NCBI GenBank assembly: GCA_050692695.1
Contig: JBOGVI010000149.1
Span: 1 to 40,442 of the forward strand
Reading direction: 5' to 3'
Source: Actinomycetota bacterium
Lineage (GTDB): Bacteria; Actinomycetota; UBA4738; HRBIN12
DNA length: 40,442 nt
Part shown: positions 9,386 through 17,118 of the stretch, piece after piece
How the letters are laid out: each line of letters opens with the position of its first letter
Numbering within the stretch: position 1 is the stretch's first letter
Notes under the pieces: generated by a model
What the model was told of the DNA's origin: nothing
Database searches by the model: none
Seen by the model: only the letters and a program-made list of their open reading frames with translations
Made by a program: the position numbers and the translations under genes

Positions 9386-10496
9386 CTCAGCCGTCCTCGA
9401 CCGCGTGCCCGGCCAGGACCAGGCCATGGCCTTCCTCCGGCAGGCCGCGGCCCGGCCCCACCACGCCTACCTCCTGGCCGGGCCGGAGGGGTGCGGCAAG
9501 CAGCTCGCCGCTCGGGCGTTCGCCGCGGCCCTTCTGTGCGAGCGAGGTGGGTGCGGCGAGTGCCGCGACTGCCGGCTGGCTCTGGACGAACGCCACCCGA
9601 ACGAGTTCCTGGTCGAGCCGGAGGGGCGCGACATCCACGTAGACACCGTCCGCGAGGAGGTGTGGCACCCCGCCTACCGCACGGCGCCCGAGCCCGGGCG
9701 GAAGGTCTTCGTGATCCGGGAGGCCGACCGCCTGAACCCGGCAGCCGCCGACACGCTCCTCAAGGTCCTGGAGGAGCCCCCGGCCGACGCCGTCATCCTG
9801 TTGCTCTCGGCCCGCCCCCACGAACTCCCGGAGACGGTCCTGTCTCGGTGCCACGTGGTGACCTTCCGGCCGCTCGCCGAGGACTTCGTCGCGGAGACCC
9901 TGGCCGGCGAGGGGGTGGATCGCCCGCTGGCGATGCTCGCAGCCCGCCTGGCAGGGGGGAACCTGGGACGGGCCCGCCGCCTGGCCACCGGTGCCGACGG
10001 GCTCGCGTTCCGAGACGTGGGCATGGAGGCGCTTCGCCGCGCGGCCCCCGGTCCGCAGGGAGCGCTGGACGCCGCCGACCTCGTGCTGGAGGCGGCCGAG
10101 CGCTACAGGAAGGGGCTCAGGGATCAGCTCGACGTGGACCTGGCGCCCTTCCTGGACGAGCAGGGCAGACCAGAGGAGGTATACCGCGGCGCCATCCGTC
10201 GGCTGGAGGAACGGCACAAGCGGCGGGTCAAGCGGGCCGAGCGCGACTACGTGGACTGGGTGCTGCTCGCCGTCTCCGTCGCGCTCCGGGACCGCATCGT
10301 GGCGGCCGTCGGGGGAGGCGAGGATCTCGCCATCAACCTGGATCTTCGGGCCCAGGGGACGTCCGAGGTGGTCGTCGACGCACTGGGGCTTGGGGCGGTG
10401 GAGGAGGCCCGGGCGGCCCTGGCCGAAGAGCTGAACCTGAACCCCCGGCTGGTGCTGGAGCGGGCGTTCCTGCGGCTCGGCGGGGTGGCAGCCTAG
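9360..10496 (+). CDS. holB: DNA polymerase III delta-prime subunit
   Basis: 378-aa ORF. HAYLLAGPEGCGKQLAARAFAAALLCE... with a CGECRDCR zinc module, then KVFVIREADRLNPAAADTLLKVLEEPP. It overlaps the tmk 3' end. An alternative in-frame ATG lies at 9378. Confidence 0.9.
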   Translation: MSGTVGMRDSAVLDRVPGQDQAMAFLRQAAARPHHAYLLAGPEGCGKQLAARAFAAALLCERGGCGECRDCRLALDERHPNEFLVEPEGRDIHVDTVREEVWHPAYRTAPEPGRKVFVIREADRLNPAAADTLLKVLEEPPADAVILLLSARPHELPETVLSRCHVVTFRPLAEDFVAETLAGEGVDRPLAMLAARLAGGNLGRARRLATGADGLAFRDVGMEALRRAAPGPQGALDAADLVLEAAERYRKGLRDQLDVDLAPFLDEQGRPEEVYRGAIRRLEERHKRRVKRAERDYVDWVLLAVSVALRDRIVAAVGGGEDLAINLDLRAQGTSEVVVDALGLGAVEEARAALAEELNLNPRLVLERAFLRLGGVAA

Positions 10497-10584
10497 GGGG
10501 GTGGCCCCGCCGGGAAGTGGTGCTGGCATCACTGCCGTCCCGGCAAGGCCGGTGGCACGCTATTGGTGAAGGAGACTGCCCGAT

Positions 10585-10956
10585 ATGACGGTCCGAGTGC
10601 TCATCGTGGACGACCAGGGGCCGTTCCGGCAGGCTGCCCGGATGGTCGTGGAGGCCACCGACGGGTTCGAGGTCGTCGGGGAATCCGAGACCGGGGAGGA
10701 CTCGATCGGGAAAGCTCGCGAGCTCCACCCCGACCTGGTGCTGATGGACGTGAACCTGCCCGGGATCAACGGGCTGGACGCCACCAGGAAGATCCTGGAG
10801 GACTCGGGCAACCGGGTCGTGGTCCTGCTCCTCTCCACGTACGAGGAAGAGGAGTACGCGCCTCGGGCCGCCGAGTGCGGCGCCGCCGCCTACATCCCGA
10901 AGGCGGTGTTCGGGTCCGACCGGCTCGAGGCGGCCTGGGCCGCCGCCACCGGCTAG
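10585..10956 (+). CDS. Single-domain response regulator (receiver only, NarL-like subfamily)
   Basis: 123-aa ORF with SD GAAGGAG 10 nt upstream. Complete receiver residues are present: VDD, LMDVNLPG (phospho-Asp), LLST, IPK. No output domain precedes the stop. Confidence 0.85.
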   Translation: MTVRVLIVDDQGPFRQAARMVVEATDGFEVVGESETGEDSIGKARELHPDLVLMDVNLPGINGLDATRKILEDSGNRVVVLLLSTYEEEEYAPRAAECGAAAYIPKAVFGSDRLEAAWAAATG

Positions 10957-11753
10957 GTGACCGTGAACGTCTCCATGTGGCCGCCGGCGAAGTCCGCGGC
11001 CGTGTACTCGACGCCCGGCTCAAACTCGATCGTGAGGAAGACCGAGGCTCCGGGTGGGATCGTCTGCATCCCCCCGCGGAAGGTGACGGGCGGCTCGCCC
11101 GGATAGCCGCTCTCGATCCACGTGTCGACGTCCTCGACGGTCTTCCCGGCCTCGAACACGACCAGGATCAGCTCGTGGGGCTCGGTCCCGTCGTTTCGGA
11201 ATTCGACCACTTGCTCGCCGGGGGAGATGGCCGGGACCTGGAGTGCGTCCTCGGTGGCAGCGATGATGGCGTCCGGCTGGGGGAGCACCGCGCCCGTGTC
11301 GCCCGAGATCGAGAACACCTCGTACATCCCGAGCACGGCGTGGGGCGTCCCTTCCGGGTCGGGGAAGAAGCACAGGAACACGTAGGTGCCCGGGTCGAGC
11401 GTTCGGGTGACGATGGTGGATTCGCCCGGTGAGAGGCTCGGCACTCCGGCCACGTCCTCGAACCACCGGGGCGGCTCCCGCCCCGACTCGATCACCGCCT
11501 TCACGTCCGCCTCCGTCTTGCCCTCGTCGATCCGGCCGAAGGCGAACTCGTGGGGCAGCCCGCCGGTGTTGGTGAGGCGCATCGAGACGACGCCCCCGGT
11601 GACCTGGGCGGGCACGTCGAACGAGTACTCCGTGGCCGTGACCTCGACGGGCCGAAGCGTGGGGGTCCCAGGCCGGCCCGCCTCATCCCCGTCTCCGGCA
11701 CAGCCAGTGACGACCAGTGCGGCCACAGCCATCAGGACGTGCCGTCGTCTCAT
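10953..11753 (-). CDS. Secreted lipoprotein with two tandem cupredoxin-like domains
   Basis: I chose the internal ATG at 11753 (SD AAGGAGG 5 nt upstream) rather than the ORF-track start at 11834. The signal peptide plus lipobox is MRRRHVLMAVAALVVTGC. Domain 1 has His (GLPHEF) and C-x9-H-x4-M (CFFPDPEGTPHAVLGM). Domain 2 has His (EPHEL) and GGHM but no Cys. Confidence 0.7.
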   Translation of the reverse strand: MRRRHVLMAVAALVVTGCAGDGDEAGRPGTPTLRPVEVTATEYSFDVPAQVTGGVVSMRLTNTGGLPHEFAFGRIDEGKTEADVKAVIESGREPPRWFEDVAGVPSLSPGESTIVTRTLDPGTYVFLCFFPDPEGTPHAVLGMYEVFSISGDTGAVLPQPDAIIAATEDALQVPAISPGEQVVEFRNDGTEPHELILVVFEAGKTVEDVDTWIESGYPGEPPVTFRGGMQTIPPGASVFLTIEFEPGVEYTAADFAGGHMETFTVT

Positions 11754-11799
11754 CGCTTCCTCCTTGGTCCTTGCCCGGTTCTCCCGTATCTGGCCCGGT

Positions 11800-13911
11800 T
11801 CATTCCGCGGCCGGGCGCGGCCGGGCCCCCTCACGCGCGAGAACGCGACCCCGGATCGTCGTGCCGTGCCCCGGCTCCGATCGGATCTCGACCGTCCCGC
11901 CGATCGCCTCGACGCGGTCCGCCATGCTCTGGAGCCCGGTGCCGCTCGTCTCGGCCTCCGGGTCGAACCCCACGCCGTCGTCGGTCACGTCGAACCGCAG
12001 CTGCCCATCCTCCGCCGCCAGCCGCACCGACACCCGTGATGCCCTCGCGTACTTGGCCACGTTCGTGAGCGCCTCGAGCACGCAGAAGTAGACCGTCGAC
12101 TCCACGTCCTGCGGGTACCGGCCGACGCCGTGGCCATCGATCTCGACCGGCACGTTCGCCTTCCGTGCCTGGCCCTCGAGCGCGGCGACGAGACCCTTGT
12201 CGGAGAGCAGGGGCGGATAGATGCCCCGGGCCAGATCCCGGAGGTTCTGCATGGCGTCGTTCGCTTCGGCCTTGAGCTCGGCGGCCAGCGCCGCGGCCCG
12301 GTCCGGGTCCTTCCGCGTCAGCTGTTCCAGCAGCCGGAGCTTCACGGAGAGCGCTACGAGCTGCTGCTGCGCACCGTCGTGGATGTCGCGCTCGATCCGG
12401 CGGCGCTCCTGGTCTTGCGCCGCCACGATCCGCTGGCGCGACGCGCGGAGCTCTTCGATCAGTCGTACGTTGCGAAGCACCAGGCCGGCCTGGGAGGCGA
12501 GGTCCCGGACCAGCGCCTCCTTGGATGGGTTCATCGGATCGTTCGCGGGCATCGTCACCGAGACGGCGCCGAGGAGCTCGCCCTGGTGGCGTACGGGGAA
12601 CGCCGACGTCTGCGGCCCCAGGTCGGGCAGTTCCTCCCCCTGCATCCGGAGGGGCTTCCCGGCCCTCCCGCCGTCGGGCCAGGCGGCGGCGGGACGCAGT
12701 TCGGGGCCCACCCGGAGCCACACGATGGCCTCACTCGCCCCGGACCCCGCGGCCACGATCTGCGCCATCCGGGGCAGGACGTCGTCGGTCGAGTACGTCT
12801 CGGCCACGCGCTCGGAGAACTCGGAGAGGACCTCGTAGGGGGAGGCGCGCTCCCCGTAGACGAGCCGGTCCGCCAGGCGGCGGGCGGCCCGGCGGACCGG
12901 GTTGAAGGCGAGGGCCACGATGACCGCCGCGGCCAGCGAGAACAGGTCCGCCGACGTCCCGGCGGTCCCCCGGACGGCGAGGGGCACGGCGATGACGACG
13001 CCGAGGTAGACCAGCGCGATGAACGTCGCGAGCACGCCGGCCACGACCGTCTTCTTGACCACGATGTCGAGGTCGTACAGGCGATACCGGAACATCGCGA
13101 CGCCCGCCGCGAGCGGGATGCCGAGTCCGACCGTCAGGAAGAACAGGTAGAAGGAGATCTCGTTCAGGGGAGAGGTCTCGCCGAGGCCGATCCCCGTGAC
13201 GAGGAGGGCGAGGAAGAAGAACACGGCGATCGCTGCCCCGTAGGCGACCCACCGGATCTGTTGCCGCTCCTCCCGCCGTGCCCGTCGGAACCGGACGAAG
13301 AGCGCGGCCGCCGAGGCGAGCGTGGCCCCGATCGTTCCGAACGCAGCAACCGTGAGCACCGGACCGAGGAAGCGCTGGAGGCCCTCGATCGCGAGGGGGT
13401 TCGGGATGCTGACGCTGCCCACATCGAGCATCCGGGTCCTCACCCCGTCGGCCACGAGCCCGAGCCCGCCGAACCCGAACAGCGCCCAGGCCACGGGTCG
13501 CCACCGAGGCGAGGGGAGCGTCCCCGAGGGGAAGAGCAGGAACAGCAGGGGGATCGGCACGACGGCGAAGAAGATGGAGGTATCGGACACGAGCGCGGCG
13601 GCCCGGCCGAACGGCAGCGACCTGAGGGACGTCTCGAACGTGTAGGTGACGTACTCGGAGGCGAATCCATTGAGCAGGAAGGCCATCCCCGCGAGCATGA
13701 AGAGCCACCCGACCGGGTTGCGCGGGAATCGGGACGCGATCACCGCTCCGACCGTCGCGTACCCGGTCAGGATCACGACGGCGATCGGGATGAAGGGGAC
13801 GTCCTCCGAGAAGCTGCCGTTGCGGACGGTCAGGACCATCGTGACCGCGAGCAGGGCCAGCGTCGCGCCCCACAGGATCCAGGGTGTCCGGGAGCGGACT
13901 CCTCGACTCAT
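11800..13911 (-). CDS. Membrane sensor histidine kinase (multi-TM sensor, GAF-like linker, HisKA_3, HATPase_c)
   Basis: 703-aa ORF. About 8-10 TM helices at the N-terminus. H-box ERRRIERDIHDGAQQQLVAL. N box EALTNVAKYA. G boxes DDGVGFD and GTGLQSMADRVEAIGG. Confidence 0.9.
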   Translation of the reverse strand: MSRGVRSRTPWILWGATLALLAVTMVLTVRNGSFSEDVPFIPIAVVILTGYATVGAVIASRFPRNPVGWLFMLAGMAFLLNGFASEYVTYTFETSLRSLPFGRAAALVSDTSIFFAVVPIPLLFLLFPSGTLPSPRWRPVAWALFGFGGLGLVADGVRTRMLDVGSVSIPNPLAIEGLQRFLGPVLTVAAFGTIGATLASAAALFVRFRRARREERQQIRWVAYGAAIAVFFFLALLVTGIGLGETSPLNEISFYLFFLTVGLGIPLAAGVAMFRYRLYDLDIVVKKTVVAGVLATFIALVYLGVVIAVPLAVRGTAGTSADLFSLAAAVIVALAFNPVRRAARRLADRLVYGERASPYEVLSEFSERVAETYSTDDVLPRMAQIVAAGSGASEAIVWLRVGPELRPAAAWPDGGRAGKPLRMQGEELPDLGPQTSAFPVRHQGELLGAVSVTMPANDPMNPSKEALVRDLASQAGLVLRNVRLIEELRASRQRIVAAQDQERRRIERDIHDGAQQQLVALSVKLRLLEQLTRKDPDRAAALAAELKAEANDAMQNLRDLARGIYPPLLSDKGLVAALEGQARKANVPVEIDGHGVGRYPQDVESTVYFCVLEALTNVAKYARASRVSVRLAAEDGQLRFDVTDDGVGFDPEAETSGTGLQSMADRVEAIGGTVEIRSEPGHGTTIRGRVLAREGARPRPAAE

Positions 13912-14492
13912 CGACCGTCCACCCCGACGGTCGCCGGCACGCGGCCGGTGACCGTCGTGCCTCGGTTCGGGGCGCTTCGGATCTGGAGGGTTCCACCGAT
14001 TGCGTCGAGCCGGTCGGCCATGCCCTGGAGGCCGGTGCCGTAGGCGAGGGCAGAAGGGTCGAACCCCACTCCGTCGTCGGAGACCTCGAAGCTCAGACCC
14101 TGGTCGCCGGCCGAGAGCCGGACGGTCGCTTGCGTCGCGTTCGCGTACTTCGCCACGTTCTGAAGGGCCTCGAGGGTACAGAAGTAGACCGCCGTCTCCA
14201 CCTCCTGTGGGAACCGGCCCACGCCATCGACGAGCATGTCGGTTGGTACAGGAGACTTGCGAGCCTGGCTCTCCAGGGCAGCCGCCAATTCTCTGTCTGC
14301 CAGCAGTGGCGGGTAGATGCCGCGGGCCAGGTCACGGAGGTTCTCCAGGGCCTCGTCGGTCTCGCCCTGGAGCCGGCCCAGCATCTCCTTGGCCTTCGCC
14401 GGATCGCGGTCGGCCATCTGCTCGGCCAGTCGGAGTCTCACCGCCAACGCCACGAGCTGCTGCTGAGCCCCGTCGTGAAGGTTCCGCCCCAT
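13908..14492 (-). CDS. Sensorless truncated histidine kinase paralogue (partial H-box + HATPase_c only); possibly a gene remnant
   Basis: Only the last 194 codons of the 312-aa ORF look like protein: MGRNLHDGAQQQLVALAVRLRL...EALQNVAKYA...DDGVGFD...GTGLQGMADRLDAIGG. This part is about two-thirds identical by eye to the C-terminus of the downstream kinase. The upstream in-frame part is Arg/Pro/Gly junk. Its stop overlaps the next start as ATGA (13908-13911). Confidence 0.6.
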   Translation of the reverse strand: MGRNLHDGAQQQLVALAVRLRLAEQMADRDPAKAKEMLGRLQGETDEALENLRDLARGIYPPLLADRELAAALESQARKSPVPTDMLVDGVGRFPQEVETAVYFCTLEALQNVAKYANATQATVRLSAGDQGLSFEVSDDGVGFDPSALAYGTGLQGMADRLDAIGGTLQIRSAPNRGTTVTGRVPATVGVDGR

Positions 14493-14686
14493 GCCCGGAT
14501 TCTCGCCCTCTGCCCCTCGGCGCGGAAGGGTGCCGGCCGAACGGCCGGCGGGAGCTCCACCACCACGCCGGGGGTGCAAGCACCACCGGCTCGTCGGGCG
14601 GCTCTCTCCTCGAACCGTGGTGGCCGCCGGATGGGAAGGGGCCGGCCCGCGGCCTAGCGTCGGGGTCTCAGCGAGAGGAGGTTCCG

Positions 14687-15097
14687 ATGATCCGAAGGAT
14701 CCTGGTGGGGACCGATACCTCTGCCTCCGCGGATCTCGCGGTCGAGGCTGCGGCCGACCTGGCCCAAACCCACCAGGCCGAGCTCCTCGTGCTCTACGTG
14801 CGATCCGACCCCCCGATGCGTGACGCGGCCGACCCTCGCAAGCCACCGGACCCGGATCGCTACCTGTCCCGGATGACCGAGCGGTTCCCGACTCTTCGGA
14901 TCCGGAGTTGGAGCGAGCCCGGCGACCCGGCCGAACGGATCTGCGACGTGGCCGCCGAGGAGCGTGTGGACACGATCGTGGTCGGGAACCGAGGCGTGCA
15001 CGGCCCGAGGTGGCGGGTCCGCGAGAGCGTGCCGACCATGGTCGTGCGCCACGCCCCGTGCTCGGTCTTCATCGTGGACACTCGGGTGGCGCAGTGA
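14687..15097 (+). CDS. Universal stress protein (UspA family)
   Basis: I used the ATG at 14687 (SD GAGAGGAGG at 14673-14681) inside the 365-aa track ORF. MIRRILVGTDTSASADLAVEAA...DTIVVGNRGVHG...VVRHAPCSVFIV is the typical USP fold signature. Confidence 0.85.
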   Translation: MIRRILVGTDTSASADLAVEAAADLAQTHQAELLVLYVRSDPPMRDAADPRKPPDPDRYLSRMTERFPTLRIRSWSEPGDPAERICDVAAEERVDTIVVGNRGVHGPRWRVRESVPTMVVRHAPCSVFIVDTRVAQ

Positions 15098-15120
15098 CCG
15101 TGTCCGGTCGGGCTACCCGG

Positions 15121-15798
15121 TCAGCCCGCGGCGGGGTGCTCCGTCCCGCGGAAGAACGCGAGCACGGCCATCACCCGGCGGTGGACGTCGGTCTCCTCGG
15201 TCAGACCGAGCTTGTGGAACAGGGAGTTGATGTGCTTTTCTACGGCGCGCTCCGTGAGGAACAAGGACTTGGCGATAGCGGCGTTGTTCTTCCCCTGCGC
15301 CATGTGCCCGAGGACCTCCCGCTCCCGCTCGGTGAGCTGCGCGAGCGGCGAGTGGGCCATCCGGTCCTTCCGTGCGACCAGGGCCTCGACCACCTTGGGG
15401 TCGAGCACGGAGCCGCCCTTCGCCACCTCGGTGATGGCCCGGACCAGCTCGTCGAGATCGGCCACCCGTTCCTTGAGCAGGTACCCGAGGCCCGCGGCAC
15501 CGTCTTTCAGGAGGTCGTAGGCGTAGTCCTCCTCGGCGTACTGGGAGAGCACGACCACGCCGATCTCGGGATGCCCGGCCCGGATCCTTCGGGCCGCGTC
15601 GATCCCCTCCGTAGTGTTCGTGGGCGGCATGCGGATGTCGGTGAGGACGGCCTCGGGCGCGTGCTGTTCCACCGCCGCCAGCAGCTCGTCCAGGCTCGCG
15701 ACGGTGGCCACGAGCTGGATCTGGTCCGACGTCGTGAGCAGGGCGGCCGTCCCCTCGCGGACGAGATAGTTATCCTCCGCGAAGACCACGCGCACCAT
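15121..15798 (-). CDS. NarL/LuxR-family response regulator (REC + GerE HTH)
   Basis: The real start is MVRVVFAEDNYLVREG at 15798, and the 616-aa track ORF is an artefactual extension. Receiver residues are present (ED, TDIRMPP, LS, LLK). HTH is LTEREREVLGHMAQGKNNAAIAKSLFLTERAVEKHINSLFHKLG. Confidence 0.9.
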   Translation of the reverse strand: MVRVVFAEDNYLVREGTAALLTTSDQIQLVATVASLDELLAAVEQHAPEAVLTDIRMPPTNTTEGIDAARRIRAGHPEIGVVVLSQYAEEDYAYDLLKDGAAGLGYLLKERVADLDELVRAITEVAKGGSVLDPKVVEALVARKDRMAHSPLAQLTEREREVLGHMAQGKNNAAIAKSLFLTERAVEKHINSLFHKLGLTEETDVHRRVMAVLAFFRGTEHPAAG

Positions 15799-15843
15799 GG
15801 GCGGATGGTACACGCGCCCGAGACGTAGTTGGAGGGATGAGGG
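15799..15843. promoter_or_regulatory. 45-bp divergent control region between the two paralogous response-regulator genes
   Basis: Only 45 bp separate the two start codons. It contains the SD GGAGGG for the + gene. Both promoters must overlap here or lie inside the partner's coding sequence. Confidence 0.4.
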
Positions 15844-17118
15844 ATGAGCATCCGGGTCGTCCTGGGCGAGGACAACGTGCTGGTCCGTGAGGGGGTCCGG
15901 GCCCTCCTCGACTCGCATCAGGACATCGAGGTGGTTGGCGTCGCCGCCGACGCGCCCGCCCTGCTTGTCGCGGCCGAGGAGCACCGTCCCGACGTCGTGG
16001 TCACCGACATCAAGATGCCCCCAAACTTCCAGCTCGAGGGGATCGACTGCGCGCACGACCTTCGCTCGCGGCACCCCGGGATCGGCGTTGTGGTCCTCTC
16101 CTCCCACGACGACGAGGCATACGCCATCGCGCTCCTGGGCAAGGGCCAGAGTGGCCTGGCCTACCTGCTCAAGGACCGGATCGCCCAGGGCGACGAGCTG
16201 GTTCGAGCCATCCGCGAGGTCGCCGCGGGCGGGTCGGTCGTGGATCCTTTGATCGCGGAGCGCCTGTCCGGCCGCCGAGAGACCGAGGAGGACCGAGAGG
16301 TCCTCGACCTCATGGCCAAGGGTCATGGCTATGCGGAGATGGCCGAGGCCCTCGGTACCACCCAGGAGGCGGTGGACCGCCGGGTCACCGACCTGTTCCG
16401 GAGGCTCGCCGCGTTGGCCGAGGGCGGGGGGAGCGCCGCCGTCGACGAGATGAAGCGACTGCACGCGGCCGTCGTGGAGAAGGAGTCCTCGGCCCGCACC
16501 CTCCGTTCCTTCGTGCCCCAGCAGTTCGCGGCGAAGCTGGCTGCCGGCGGGGCGGCCGCCGAGCAACAGGAGGCCGAGGCCACCGTCCTGTTCTCCGACA
16601 TCCGCGGCTTCTCCGCTCTCGCCGAGCAGCTGTCGGCTCGGGAGATCGCCGACATCCTGGCCCGCCATCTCTCGGCCATGGCGGAGATCGTCGTGGCGCA
16701 CGGCGGCATGCTCGACAAGTTCGCGGGCGACGCGGTGATGGCGGTGTTCGGTGTCCCGGACCCCGCGCCGGATCACGCCGAGCGGGCCCTCCGGTGCGCC
16801 ATCGCCATGCAGGCTCGGCAGGCGGAGCTCAACCGGGACGGGTGGACGGAGACGCTGAGCGAGCTGGGGATGGGGATCGGCGTGAACACCGGCACCGTTG
16901 TGGCCGGGACCGTTGGCGGCGGCGGCCGGCTCGAGTACACGGTCGTGGGGGACGCCGTGAACATCGCGCAACGGCTCCAGAGCGAGGCCGACGGCGGCGA
17001 GATCATCGCCTCGGCGTCCACGGTGGCGGCGGCCCCGAGCATCGCGGCCGAGCCGATCGGGCCGCGCCCGGTGAAGGGGCGGAAGGATCCGGTCGACGTT
17101 TTCCGCGTAGTGAAATGA
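15844..17118 (+). CDS. Response regulator fused to a LuxR-type HTH and a class III adenylate/guanylate cyclase (REC-GerE-CYC)
   Basis: 424-aa uninterrupted ORF. REC: GEDNVLVREG, TDIKMPP, VVLSS, YLLK. HTH: REVLDLMAKGHGYAEMAEALGTTQEAVDRRVTDLFRRL. Cyclase: ATVLFSDIRGFS, LDKFAGDAVMAVFG, GIGVNTGTVVAG, VVGDAVNIAQRL. Confidence 0.9.
   Translation: MSIRVVLGEDNVLVREGVRALLDSHQDIEVVGVAADAPALLVAAEEHRPDVVVTDIKMPPNFQLEGIDCAHDLRSRHPGIGVVVLSSHDDEAYAIALLGKGQSGLAYLLKDRIAQGDELVRAIREVAAGGSVVDPLIAERLSGRRETEEDREVLDLMAKGHGYAEMAEALGTTQEAVDRRVTDLFRRLAALAEGGGSAAVDEMKRLHAAVVEKESSARTLRSFVPQQFAAKLAAGGAAAEQQEAEATVLFSDIRGFSALAEQLSAREIADILARHLSAMAEIVVAHGGMLDKFAGDAVMAVFGVPDPAPDHAERALRCAIAMQARQAELNRDGWTETLSELGMGIGVNTGTVVAGTVGGGGRLEYTVVGDAVNIAQRLQSEADGGEIIASASTVAAAPSIAAEPIGPRPVKGRKDPVDVFRVVK

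Noticed and set aside
4913-9427. A 1504-aa ORF on the minus strand, the longest ORF in the track.
   Set aside because: It runs exactly antisense to topA and the MFS-tmk gene, both of which carry unmistakable motifs. Its translation is Arg/Pro/Gly/His-rich with no domain signatures. This is a classic stop-poor shadow frame of high-GC coding DNA.
10553-10567. TGGCACGctatTGGT upstream of the receiver-only gene, which resembles a sigma-54 -24/-12 promoter (TGGCACG-N4-TTGC).
   Set aside because: The -12 element reads TTGG, not TTGC. Actinobacteria generally lack RpoN, and no enhancer-binding protein is present. It is most likely chance in GC-rich DNA.
14000-15097. N-terminally extended track ORFs: 14000-15097, 15121-16971, 13908-14846, 10953-11834, 20483-22327, 27640-29535, 29662-31869, 31494-32684, 35355-36296, 36161-37804 and 26089-26694.
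   Set aside because: Only the C-terminal portions look like real proteins. The upstream portions overlap neighbouring genes and are compositionally junk. Internal starts with an SD or a 4-nt stop-start overlap give proteins of the normal length for their families.
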